64,000 bases of DNA from Clostridia bacterium (GTDB taxonomy: Bacteria > Bacillota > Clostridia > TANB77 > CAG-465), in contig JAUNGP010000003.1 in the NCBI GenBank assembly GCA_030524345.1, positions 3,775 to 67,774 of the forward strand. Reading direction: 5' to 3'. The translations under genes and the position numbers were made by a program. The notes below the pieces were generated by a model, which was not told the DNA's origin, made no database searches, and worked only from the letters and a program-made list of their open reading frames with translations. How positions within the stretch are numbered: position 1 is the first letter of the stretch; each line of letters starts with the position of its first letter. This document shows positions 46,399 through 55,194 of this stretch, one piece after another.

Positions 46399-47007
46399 CT
46401 ACATTTTTCTAAATAATCCTACAACTTTTCCTAATATCTGAACATTATTTGCAATAATAGGCTCCATGGTATCATTTTCAGGTTGAAGCCTTATATAATT
46501 CTTTTCTTTATAAAAAGTCTTTACAGTAGCTTCTCCATCTATCATAGCAACAACAATTTGTCCATTTCTTGCAGTATCTTGTTTTGAAACAATGATATAA
46601 TCTCCGTCATTGATTCCGGCATTAATCATACTTTCTCCTTGTACTTTTAATACAAAATTATCATTTTTTAGTGCATCTTTATTAAAAAAGCTCTCTCCAA
46701 TAGAAAAATAATCTTCTATATTTTCTTGTGCAAGTATTGGTTCCCCCGCTGCAACTTTACCAACAATTGGTAGTGATATCGTAGATTCAGAACCAACTAC
46801 TTTGATGGCTCTTGTTTTTAAATCTTTTTTTGAGATATACCCCTTTTCGGCAAGTCTCCAAATATATTGATGCGCAGACGATGTAGACTTAAAGCCTAAA
46901 GCAGCACATATTTCTCTAACAGATGGTGGATATCCTGTAATCCTAATTTGCTCTTTTATATATTCTAGTACTCTTTCTTCTTGAGCATTTAAACTAACCT
47001 CACTCAT
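46399..47007 (-). CDS. lexA: LexA repressor
   Basis: Winged-helix N-terminus, the cleavage site VAAGEP, the catalytic GESM, and a Lys in EATVKTF. Confidence 0.95.
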   Translation of the reverse strand: MSEVSLNAQEERVLEYIKEQIRITGYPPSVREICAALGFKSTSSAHQYIWRLAEKGYISKKDLKTRAIKVVGSESTISLPIVGKVAAGEPILAQENIEDYFSIGESFFNKDALKNDNFVLKVQGESMINAGINDGDYIIVSKQDTARNGQIVVAMIDGEATVKTFYKEKNYIRLQPENDTMEPIIANNVQILGKVVGLFRKM

Positions 47008-47024
47008 ATATAAATTTCCCCTTT

Positions 47025-47038
47025 CAAACTAATGTTTG
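47025..47038. promoter_or_regulatory. putative LexA operator 1
   Basis: Perfect palindrome CAAAC-TAAT-GTTTG just downstream of the lexA -10 box. Confidence 0.6.
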
Positions 47039-47042
47039 AAAA

Positions 47043-47071
47043 ATTATATCATACAAATATTTGTTTGTCAA
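47043..47071 (-). promoter_or_regulatory. consensus sigma-A promoter for lexA
   Basis: Reverse strand reads TTGACA, 17 nt, TATAAT (TGn-extended). Confidence 0.6.
47054..47067. promoter_or_regulatory. putative LexA operator 2 (one mismatch)
   Basis: CAAAT-ATTT-GTTTG in the promoter spacer. It also contains the 12-bp palindrome ACAAATATTTGT. Confidence 0.4.
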
Positions 47072-47082
47072 ACATAGGTTTG
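47069..47082. promoter_or_regulatory. putative LexA operator 3
   Basis: Perfect palindrome CAAAC-ATAG-GTTTG overlapping the lexA -35 box. Confidence 0.6.
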
Positions 47083-47116
47083 CTTCTATTTTGAAATTAT
47101 TTGTCATATCTTCTGG

Positions 47117-47145
47117 TTGACATATATCGTATAAAATGATATAAT
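47117..47145 (+). promoter_or_regulatory. consensus sigma-A promoter for the divergent coiled-coil gene
   Basis: TTGACA, 17 nt, TATAAT (TGn-extended). Confidence 0.6.
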
Positions 47146-47202
47146 TTACATGATTTTTATGTTATCTATATTATAATAATTTATAGCAAAGGAGATAAAA
47201 GT

Positions 47203-47862
47203 ATGTCATTTTTTTTACATTTTAGGCGGATGAGAGCAAGAAAAGAAGCTATATTATTACTGGATGAGGAGATCTCTCAATTACAAAATAAAAAGACTTC
47301 CCTTGGAATTGAAATAGCTGAGAAAAGTGCTCAAATAAAGGCTCTTCAAAAAGAGATTAATGTAGCAAATGAGTTTTTAACTTTAAAAGATCAGATCGAA
47401 GCTGCTCACTCAAAATTGGATTCATTAAATGAGGAAATCGTATTACAAAGTAATTCCCTCTCCAATTTAAAAAAACAGCATTCACTCTCAGAAGATTGCA
47501 TTTCTTTAGAGGAATTAAAATCAAGGCTCACAACCGAATTAGTTGACTCTATAGATGATACTATCAAAAAATTATTTGAGGCTTATCCAAACGTATACGC
47601 AAGTGAACTAAATATTTCTAACGAAATTTACTTTAAATATAATATTGATAAGCAAAGTATTCTTGCCACAATTGATAGAAATTTAACAAGTTTTGCTCTA
47701 AATCATCAGATAGATCCACTTTATTACAAGGAACTTATGTACAAATTTAATGCGAAATGGTTTGAAAAATTTGATGCCATGCCCAATCGTGTTGAAAAAG
47801 ATGATACTTCGCATACTATTATCTTAAGGGGATTTATAGTATTGTATGAAAGAACAGAATAA
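47203..47862 (+). CDS. hypothetical coiled-coil protein divergent from lexA
   Basis: 219 aa with an AAAGGAGA RBS and a heptad-like N-terminal half (LQNKKTSLGIEIAEKSAQIKALQKEINVANEF...). No TM segment. Confidence 0.6.
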   Translation: MSFFLHFRRMRARKEAILLLDEEISQLQNKKTSLGIEIAEKSAQIKALQKEINVANEFLTLKDQIEAAHSKLDSLNEEIVLQSNSLSNLKKQHSLSEDCISLEELKSRLTTELVDSIDDTIKKLFEAYPNVYASELNISNEIYFKYNIDKQSILATIDRNLTSFALNHQIDPLYYKELMYKFNAKWFEKFDAMPNRVEKDDTSHTIILRGFIVLYERTE

Positions 47863-47963
47863 GTTTTTATCTGTATTATAAAACTATAGATAAAAAAGCA
47901 TCAGTGAATAAAAAACTTGCTAAAAACATTGTTCTATTTTCAAGTTTTGTTATGTTATTTGAC

Positions 47964-48000
47964 AAAAAAGATAAGTCGTAAAATTGCGACTTATCTTTTT
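47964..48000. terminator. bidirectional hairpin terminator
   Basis: AAAAAGATAAGTCG / CGACTTATCTTTTT stem between convergent genes. Confidence 0.7.
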
Positions 48001-48010
48001 ATATAGTCAT

Positions 48011-49087
48011 CTATACACCAAAGTTAATTCCCATATCTCTTGCTGCCCTACAAATATCATTATCTTCCAAATCTAAAATTCTTGGTTCCCTATTTTTAGG
48101 AAATCTTATTTTTACTAATGCACTTTCTTTTGCACCTACAATATATCCTGATCTATTATCATAAAGTAAGTTTACTGCATAATTGCCAAGCCTTGCTCCA
48201 AGTAATATATCAGAAGTACAAGCTTCCCCACCTCTTTGCAAATGTCCAAGTACCATAGGCCTTGATTCATATCCTGTTCTTTCTTCTATCTGAGCAGATA
48301 ATTTTGCGGCAATTCCGCCATATCTTTTTTGTTCAAAACTATCTGATACAATTCTTGCGATTGTTTCTTTTTTTCCTTTTTCCTTACAAGCTTCAGCAGC
48401 AGCCACTATAACATAGCGTTTTCCTGACTCCATGATTTTCTTTACTTCATTACATACAACATCTAAATCGTAATCCTGTTCTGGTAAAAGTATAATATCA
48501 GCACCAGCTGCAAATCCTGCATATAATGTTAAATATCCTGATGTCCTTCCCATCATTTCCACTACAATGACTCTTCTATGAGAATATGCTGTAGATTTTA
48601 ATTTTCTAATGGCCTGGACAGAATTTTCTACTGCTGTTTGAAATCCAATAGTAGGTTCACTAGCAGACATATCATTGTCTATTGTTTTAGGAATTCCAAT
48701 TACAGGCATTCCAGCCTCATTAATTACTCTTGCGGAGTCAAGCGTTCCATCCCCACCAATGATGATCATCCCTTCAACACCAATTTCTCTTAGGCCTTCA
48801 ATAGAATCTTTTACTCTATCTTCATACTCACCCTTTTTATCTTTTTTTGGATAATGAAAAGGACACTCTTTATTAGAAGAACCAAGTATTGTTCCGCCTT
48901 CTTTTTCTATATCATAAACATCATTTTTGGTAAGGTTTCTATATCTTCTTTCTACAAATCCAATATATCCATCCATTACACCTACAACTTCTAATCCTTT
49001 ATTTACTGCTGACATTACTACAGCTCTTATCACACTATTTAATCCTGCACAATCTCCCCCGGCAGTCATTATTGCTATTTTCTTCAT
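48011..49087 (-). CDS. pfkA: ATP-dependent 6-phosphofructokinase
   Basis: Contains IAIMTAGGDCAGLNSVIRAVV, IGGDGT, GIPKTIDND and MGRTSG. Confidence 0.9.
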   Translation of the reverse strand: MKKIAIMTAGGDCAGLNSVIRAVVMSAVNKGLEVVGVMDGYIGFVERRYRNLTKNDVYDIEKEGGTILGSSNKECPFHYPKKDKKGEYEDRVKDSIEGLREIGVEGMIIIGGDGTLDSARVINEAGMPVIGIPKTIDNDMSASEPTIGFQTAVENSVQAIRKLKSTAYSHRRVIVVEMMGRTSGYLTLYAGFAAGADIILLPEQDYDLDVVCNEVKKIMESGKRYVIVAAAEACKEKGKKETIARIVSDSFEQKRYGGIAAKLSAQIEERTGYESRPMVLGHLQRGGEACTSDILLGARLGNYAVNLLYDNRSGYIVGAKESALVKIRFPKNREPRILDLEDNDICRAARDMGINFGV

Positions 49088-49108
49088 AAAAATCCCTCTT
49101 TCTATTTC

Positions 49109-49792
49109 TTATTCATTTAACCTTTTTATAAAATCATACATTACTTTATCTAATTTCTCTAAAGAAAGTTCTAAAAACTCTCTATATTCCATATTATTAC
49201 AACTATCTGATATTGCCCTGATAGCACCAAATGGAATTTTATTTAACTCACACACATGACAGATACTTGCTGTTTCCATGTCAACTGCACTCACATTCCA
49301 TTTTTCCTTTAACATGTTTGTAATTTTAACATCAGAGATAAATTTATCAGAAGTTGCAATCTTTCCTAATTTTGTGTTGGAATATTTCTTTGCTATCTTC
49401 TGTAATCTTTCTGAAATCTCCTTATCACACAACATTTCTACCTTTTCAAGACCAAATACATATCCCATTTCATATCCTAAAGTGGTAGCATCCAAATCAA
49501 ATTCTATTGCACTATTTGCAACTATGAAATCACAAATTTTCAACTCATTTGAAACAGCACCAGCAACTCCGATATTGACGACCATATCTACATGAAACTC
49601 TGAAATTAACAGTTGCGTACACACAGCTGCATTTACCTTTCCTTCAAAAGAATTGCAAATAACCACTTCTATATTTTCTATTTTACCGCTATAAAATTTC
49701 ATTTTAGCAATTGTTTGTATACTTTCTTTCTTCATATGCTCTTTCATTCTTCTGATTTCTATATCCATCGCACCTATTATTCCAATAATCAT
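49109..49792 (-). CDS. mtnN: 5'-methylthioadenosine/S-adenosylhomocysteine nucleosidase
   Basis: Starts MIIGIIGAMDIEI, with GVAGA and AVDMETASI. Confidence 0.85.
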   Translation of the reverse strand: MIIGIIGAMDIEIRRMKEHMKKESIQTIAKMKFYSGKIENIEVVICNSFEGKVNAAVCTQLLISEFHVDMVVNIGVAGAVSNELKICDFIVANSAIEFDLDATTLGYEMGYVFGLEKVEMLCDKEISERLQKIAKKYSNTKLGKIATSDKFISDVKITNMLKEKWNVSAVDMETASICHVCELNKIPFGAIRAISDSCNNMEYREFLELSLEKLDKVMYDFIKRLNE

Positions 49793-49802
49793 AACTTTCT
49801 CC

Positions 49803-51248
49803 TTAACTAATAAGTCTTACAATGTTTTTTTCTTCTTTAGACATTTTTTCACAGGCATACGATAAAAGAATATTTGGTATTTTTTTATTTTTATTTTTTT
49901 CTTTTAGATATTCTACTACAATCCTGCCTTTACTTTTATATAACTCCCTTAGTACCCATCCAGATGCTTTCTGAAATAAATGGAACTCATCATATATTAC
50001 CTTATCTATCAGAAAGAATACTAATTTATCATTACCATCTTTAGCAAAAGGTAACAAAGAAACAATACCAATTCTTTTTTTCCAAATATCATTACTATGT
50101 ATATATTCCACTAGTTTTTCTTTTATTTCTTTACTAGATAAAGTATATTGAAAATATTTAGCAGTCACGTTGGGGCCAACTTCATCTGTTAGGTCCCAAT
50201 TATTAATATAACAGATGTTTTTTTCCATATATTCATTTACTTTTGCAATGTTTTCTTTATTTTGTTTTGCCTCTTTTTTATCATGAATATTTTTTTCGTA
50301 ATTTCTTACCATATTAGACAAAGTATATATGGCAAATCTTCGATATTCATGGTAAGAAGATGAAATATAATCATCTAATATATGATAATTGATGTATTTA
50401 TACCAATAATTTGCAACTTTTCGAATATTGGGAACATTAATTCCAATTAAAATATCATCTTGTGCATATCCACCTTCTACGATTTGAAGAATTGTCTTTT
50501 CAAATTCCATGTTCACATCTTTTGGAAGCTCTTCTATATCTTTTTTGATGCTTAAACTAATCAATTTATCATACAACTTTTCTTGACTCAGTTTTACAAG
50601 ATACATTCCCATCACAAAGCTGTCAACACCAATTCTTAAAGGTTTTTCCATAGTATCGGCATTAACGCCACCATCTATTTGAATCACATGGTTATCAAAT
50701 AATACTCTTGCTTTTTTTATCTTTTCATTAACCTCTTTGATATACTCCTGCCCACCATATCCTGGCTCGACAGTCATGATCAACAATTTTGAAAATAAAT
50801 TTTTATATTTGATCAGTTCTTCTACAGGAGTCGAAGGCTTTATTGCAACCCCTATAACAAGTTCTTTATTTTTCTCTTTTAATATTTTATTTCTTCTAAG
50901 ATTTAAATAATTTAAAGTTTCTTCAAAATTTTCTATTTCATAATGTATCGTTAATTCATCTGTTCCATAAACAATTGCATTTTCAATATATTTATCAAGA
51001 ATCGGAGACTCCACCATAAGGTGAGTATCTACATAAAATCCATTCTCTTTTGCTATCTTGATATGTGTTAGGTCAACACCTGTATTTTTTACGAATTTAC
51101 CATCCATGATATCAATGTGAATATGAATGTCAAATAAATGCTCATAAAACTTAGCATTACTAACTTTCTTTTTTATATCGTTTAAATTATCAAATAATTC
51201 AATCATATTTCCAGAATTTAAAGTAGAAATCGAAATATTTTTTTTCAA
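49803..51248 (-). CDS. rpe: ribulose-phosphate 3-epimerase fused to an AlkD-like (HEAT-repeat) DNA alkylation repair domain
   Basis: N-terminal half: HIDIMDGKFV, DTHLMV, VEPGYGGQ, IQIDGGVN. C-terminal half: NNWDLTDEVGP, SNDIWKKRIGIVSLL and FQKASGWVLRE resemble AlkD as I remember it. I place the start at TTG 51248 after GAGGTG. The ORF-track start at 51302 coincides with the -35 box. Confidence 0.8.
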   Translation of the reverse strand: MKKNISISTLNSGNMIELFDNLNDIKKKVSNAKFYEHLFDIHIHIDIMDGKFVKNTGVDLTHIKIAKENGFYVDTHLMVESPILDKYIENAIVYGTDELTIHYEIENFEETLNYLNLRRNKILKEKNKELVIGVAIKPSTPVEELIKYKNLFSKLLIMTVEPGYGGQEYIKEVNEKIKKARVLFDNHVIQIDGGVNADTMEKPLRIGVDSFVMGMYLVKLSQEKLYDKLISLSIKKDIEELPKDVNMEFEKTILQIVEGGYAQDDILIGINVPNIRKVANYWYKYINYHILDDYISSSYHEYRRFAIYTLSNMVRNYEKNIHDKKEAKQNKENIAKVNEYMEKNICYINNWDLTDEVGPNVTAKYFQYTLSSKEIKEKLVEYIHSNDIWKKRIGIVSLLPFAKDGNDKLVFFLIDKVIYDEFHLFQKASGWVLRELYKSKGRIVVEYLKEKNKNKKIPNILLSYACEKMSKEEKNIVRLIS

Positions 51249-51273
51249 ATCTTTCACCTCTTCTGCATAATAT

Positions 51274-51302
51274 ATCATACTACAAAAAATCCATTTTTTC
51301 AA
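51274..51302 (-). promoter_or_regulatory. sigma-A type promoter for rpe-mtnN-pfkA
   Basis: Reverse strand reads TTGAAA, 17 nt, TATGAT. Confidence 0.5.
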
Positions 51303-51339
51303 TAGAAAACATGTTTTTAAAAATATTTTGAATTTACTC

Positions 51340-51368
51340 TTGCCATATTTAAGTTTTCTATGTATAAT
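51340..51368 (+). promoter_or_regulatory. sigma-A type promoter for the MBL gene
   Basis: TTGCCA, 17 nt, TATAAT (TGn-extended). Confidence 0.55.
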
Positions 51369-51436
51369 CTAGTTAATGTTATATCATAAATTTAAGTATA
51401 ATTAACTAAATGTTCTTAGCAGTTAGGAGGATCAAT

Positions 51437-52930
51437 ATGGCTAAAGGATTTAGAGTTACTGTAAAAACATTACACTCAGAAGTTACTGGTTCTGCTTTTA
51501 TTTTAAAAATCAAACGGCCAGGAGAAATTAGTAGAAAAGTTTTGATTGACTTCGGAGGGTATCAAGAAGAAAAATATGAAGCTTTCAATGGAGCCTTAGA
51601 ATTTGAACCAAGTGAAATAGATGCAGTAATTGTAACACATTCTCATCTTGATCATATTTTTAAGCTTCCACTTCTCCATAAAAATGGTTATCTTGGAAAT
51701 ATTTATTGTAGTAAAGGTGCAAGTCTTTCCATCCCAATTTCACTTCGTGATTCTGTAAAAGTGATGATTACTGAATATGAAAAGTACAGAAAACCTGTCA
51801 TATATGCGTTAAAAGATGTGGTAAGGACTGTCGAACACCTTACTCCAGTTGGTTACGGGAAAACAAAAGAAATCATTCCTGGTGTCAAAATGACACTCTT
51901 AGAAAACGGTCACTTATATGGAGCTGCCTGCATTCTTTTGCAAATTTCTTGTAAAAACTATCCTACAATGAACTATCTTTTTACAGGTGATTTTTATTTA
52001 ACAAACGAACTTTTTAGTGTAGCTCCATTTCCTGAATTTGTTTACGAGTTAAGAAACCTATCCATATTTATTGAAAGCACCTATGCTGATACAAAATCAG
52101 ATGAGGTTAGTAAGAACTTTGATAAATATCTTTTAGAAGCAGTTCAGAAAAAACACTTTATTGTCATTCCATCAATTGCGCAAGAAAGACTAGAACTTGT
52201 TCTTTTAAGGCTAAAAATTCTTCAGGATTGTAAATTGCTGGATCTTAGCATTCCAATCTATATTCACTCAGAACTTGGCAAGCAATACTATCAAATTGTG
52301 TACTCCGGTAAGGAATTTGTTGAATACATGCCTAAAAACTGTAAATTTATTGAAAAGGGTGATTATGAGACAGTTATAAAAGATAGCAGTAAACCTAAAA
52401 TATTACTTGCTAGCTCTGGTATGGCAGATAAAGGTAACATTATGTTTTATTTAACCAAAGTAGTTTCCGATCCGGCCGCAACCATTCTATTTACCTGTTA
52501 TCAAGGACGGAATACATTAGGATTTAAAATTAAAAATTCTAATATTGGTGATGATATTTTCATCAATGGTAAACCGCATAAACGTCTATGTGATGTAAAA
52601 TATACTAGTCAGTTTTCTCATCATATAAAACAGGATGAATCCATTGAACTATTAAGTAGATTTCATTACTTAAAAAATATCTTTATCAATCATGGTGAGG
52701 AAAGAAAAAAAGTATTACTCAATGATATTTTTCAAAAAATCTATCCTGATAAAGGCGTTTTCACAATGAACCGAAATATAGGTTATAGAATATCTGCAAC
52801 AGATGGTGTTACCTCTTATGAAACCAGTTTACCTAGTGTCAGCTATTACAAAACACAAACGAAACAATATAACAAGTTTAAAAGGATTACTAAGAAAAGG
52901 GACTTTAAAAAAAGACATTATAACTATTAA
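51437..52930 (+). CDS. MBL-fold / beta-CASP-like metallo-hydrolase with a basic C-terminal tail
   Basis: Contains VIVTHSHLDH, ENGHLYG, FTGDF and a late NHGE. The tail is KTQTKQYNKFKRITKKRDFKKRHYNY. The start at 51437 follows AGGAGG. Confidence 0.75.
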   Translation: MAKGFRVTVKTLHSEVTGSAFILKIKRPGEISRKVLIDFGGYQEEKYEAFNGALEFEPSEIDAVIVTHSHLDHIFKLPLLHKNGYLGNIYCSKGASLSIPISLRDSVKVMITEYEKYRKPVIYALKDVVRTVEHLTPVGYGKTKEIIPGVKMTLLENGHLYGAACILLQISCKNYPTMNYLFTGDFYLTNELFSVAPFPEFVYELRNLSIFIESTYADTKSDEVSKNFDKYLLEAVQKKHFIVIPSIAQERLELVLLRLKILQDCKLLDLSIPIYIHSELGKQYYQIVYSGKEFVEYMPKNCKFIEKGDYETVIKDSSKPKILLASSGMADKGNIMFYLTKVVSDPAATILFTCYQGRNTLGFKIKNSNIGDDIFINGKPHKRLCDVKYTSQFSHHIKQDESIELLSRFHYLKNIFINHGEERKKVLLNDIFQKIYPDKGVFTMNRNIGYRISATDGVTSYETSLPSVSYYKTQTKQYNKFKRITKKRDFKKRHYNY

Positions 52931-52946
52931 AAAATAAAAGCAAGAA

Positions 52947-52972
52947 GGCTGTCAACAAAATTGTTGGCAGTC
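52947..52972. terminator. bidirectional hairpin terminator
   Basis: GGCTGTCAACA / TGTTGGCAGTC stem with G-U pairs, between convergent genes. Confidence 0.55.
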
Positions 52973-52989
52973 TATTTCAGCTTTTTTCA

Positions 52990-53880
52990 TTATTTATATC
53001 TTTTATCATACTGTTCCTTTAGCTTAGTGTAGATATATACATACCTGTCGTATCTTTCCTTATCGATCCTTCCCTCTTCTACTTTTCTTTTAACCCCACA
53101 TACATTCGATGACTCTATTACATGTACGCAATCTTCATAATCACATAGACATTCTGAAAAATCAGGATAATACTTTTTTAATTCTTTATGATCAACATCA
53201 TAAAGTTCATAACTTGAAAAACCAGGTGTATCTAAAAGATATGTATCATGATCAGTTGTATATAATTGTACATGTTTTGTAGTATGTTTTCCTTTATTTG
53301 TTTTTTTGCCCAACTCTCCAATTTCAACACTTACACGATCTCCTATAATCTTTTGCGTAATGCTAGATTTTCCAACACCTGAATTACCAGAAAATGCTGA
53401 TACCTTTCCTTTTAATACCACTTTTAACTTATTAATAGAATCCTCATCATGAATACTAGTATATATTACCTTGAATCCTAATTTTTCATAAACATTTTTT
53501 ATGTATTCAATCTCTTTATTATCACTGAAAGCTAAATCCATTTTATTGATACAAAGGATTGGCTCAATATTTTTTGAAAAACAAAGAATAATCTCTTTGT
53601 CTAGTAACATATAATCTGGCAATGGATTGTCAATAGATAAAACAATTATCATTTGATCGATATTGGCAACAGGAGGTCTTATCAAATCATTTTTTCTCTC
53701 ACTTGCTTCCTCAATTATATATTTATCATAATTTTTCTTTACTCTTACAATATCTCCAACAATTAATTTTTTTCTTTTTTTCATATTTCCACTGGTAACC
53801 GCTTCTATCACTTGACCATCATTTTCTAATATATATCTATCTCGTAATATTCTTACCACTCTAAATTCGTTTTCTTCCAT
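52990..53880 (-). CDS. rsgA: ribosome small-subunit-dependent GTPase A
   Basis: OB-fold N-terminus, circularly permuted GTPase motifs (NKMDL, GNSGVGKSS, DTPGF) and a C-terminal zinc cluster C.C....C.H. The start at 53880 follows AAAGGAG. The ORF-track start lies upstream of the -10 box. Confidence 0.9.
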   Translation of the reverse strand: MEENEFRVVRILRDRYILENDGQVIEAVTSGNMKKRKKLIVGDIVRVKKNYDKYIIEEASERKNDLIRPPVANIDQMIIVLSIDNPLPDYMLLDKEIILCFSKNIEPILCINKMDLAFSDNKEIEYIKNVYEKLGFKVIYTSIHDEDSINKLKVVLKGKVSAFSGNSGVGKSSITQKIIGDRVSVEIGELGKKTNKGKHTTKHVQLYTTDHDTYLLDTPGFSSYELYDVDHKELKKYYPDFSECLCDYEDCVHVIESSNVCGVKRKVEEGRIDKERYDRYVYIYTKLKEQYDKRYK

Positions 53881-53900
53881 AATAACTCCTTTTTTTATAT

Positions 53901-53929
53901 ATTTTAACAAAAACAATTATCTTTTACAA
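53901..53929 (-). promoter_or_regulatory. sigma-A type promoter for rsgA
   Basis: Reverse strand reads TTGTAA, 17 nt, TAAAAT. Confidence 0.5.
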
Positions 53930-53947
53930 GCGTGTTGCTCTTTACAT

Positions 53948-53976
53948 TTTACTTTTTTACATAAATATGGTATAAT
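53948..53976 (+). promoter_or_regulatory. sigma-A type promoter for the 370-aa orphan
   Basis: TTTACT, 17 nt, TATAAT (TGG-extended). Confidence 0.5.
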
Positions 53977-54034
53977 ATTTCAAATTTTTTTAACAATTAT
54001 ATTAACTATTTATAATTTCAAAGGAGGATAAAAT

Positions 54035-55147
54035 ATGAATCTAGCACCAACCGAAATATTAAACCAAGTATCTCAAAACGTTTCCTTACAGTGGATATAT
54101 AATGAAGATTTAGAAATTTATATTCTAATTCAGAATTATAGTTTAGAAGAATTATTGAAATTTGAAAATGTAAAATATCTAAAAAAACGTTATGAAACCA
54201 CATTTATGTGTTTTGATCGCTATATTAGGATTATCATTGAAAAAATAAAAGTAAATGAAAAAATCTATTATATTGGATTTTTTTCAACCCTTACTAGTGT
54301 AAGCTTCGAGGTAAACGATAGAAAAAAGGATAAATTTACTTCTCATTTTCATTTTGCACATAAAAGACTATTGATAGAAAAAGAACAAACATGCAGGCTC
54401 TTATTAAATGAATCTAATATCACTCATTTTAAAAAGGCAATTGCAAGAAAAGATACTTATTCAATCAGTAACGCATTTACCAATTTATACAGAGGATATG
54501 GGTGTTACCCTTTAGCAAGCTCTAAACTATTGGAAATGAAACTTGAAAGCATTATTGAGGTAAGGGATTTCAAAGAAGAGTTTTTAAAGATATTCTCAAT
54601 TCTTCATTTTAATACCAAAAGCTCTCCAGAATATTTGCCATCGCCAATTATCATAAATGATGATCAATTTCTTTCTTTTAAGAGTCACTTTATAGACGGT
54701 TTTTCTTTAAAGAGTAAAGAACAAAAGGAAGAAATCTATGATTTTCATAACACATATCAGATATTTCAAATGGATCACTCTATTGCCATCCAAACAAGTG
54801 ATCCACAAATAGATCTCAAGCAGTTGTTTGTTCCATTATCGCCTCTTTACAATGACACTCCTAGAGGATTTAATATTCTATTTTCTAACCTTTCCAATAC
54901 TTCTCTCATTTTGTCATTTCGCTTTATTGAACTAAACATCATTCTACGTTTGAATCCTTGTTGCTTTGGAGAAAGATGCATTATGCGAGCTGCTATACCA
55001 AATGATTTTAAATTATGCATTCAACCAGAAAATGCAAATTATCATATGAACAGCATTGATATATGGAATGATTATAGAAATGATAGAGAACAGCTGTTAT
55101 ATTTGATTTATTATCTAAAAGAGTTTGTATTAAAAACAACAAAATAA
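54035..55147 (+). CDS. hypothetical protein
   Basis: 370-aa ORF with an AAAGGAGGA RBS, its own promoter and its own terminator. No family recognised. Confidence 0.6.
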   Translation: MNLAPTEILNQVSQNVSLQWIYNEDLEIYILIQNYSLEELLKFENVKYLKKRYETTFMCFDRYIRIIIEKIKVNEKIYYIGFFSTLTSVSFEVNDRKKDKFTSHFHFAHKRLLIEKEQTCRLLLNESNITHFKKAIARKDTYSISNAFTNLYRGYGCYPLASSKLLEMKLESIIEVRDFKEEFLKIFSILHFNTKSSPEYLPSPIIINDDQFLSFKSHFIDGFSLKSKEQKEEIYDFHNTYQIFQMDHSIAIQTSDPQIDLKQLFVPLSPLYNDTPRGFNILFSNLSNTSLILSFRFIELNIILRLNPCCFGERCIMRAAIPNDFKLCIQPENANYHMNSIDIWNDYRNDREQLLYLIYYLKEFVLKTTK

Positions 55148-55157
55148 TCATAAATAA

Positions 55158-55187
55158 ACCGATATAGAAATAATATTCTATATCGGT
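55158..55187. terminator. bidirectional hairpin terminator
   Basis: Perfect 12-bp stem ACCGATATAGAA / TTCTATATCGGT. Confidence 0.7.
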
Positions 55188-55194
55188 ATTTTAA

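Noticed and set aside
47117-47862. I considered calling the lexA-divergent gene an SOS cell-division inhibitor (a YneA analogue).
   Set aside because: It has no TM segment or LysM domain, and no operator overlaps its own promoter. I kept it only as a low-weight hypothesis inside the LexA finding.
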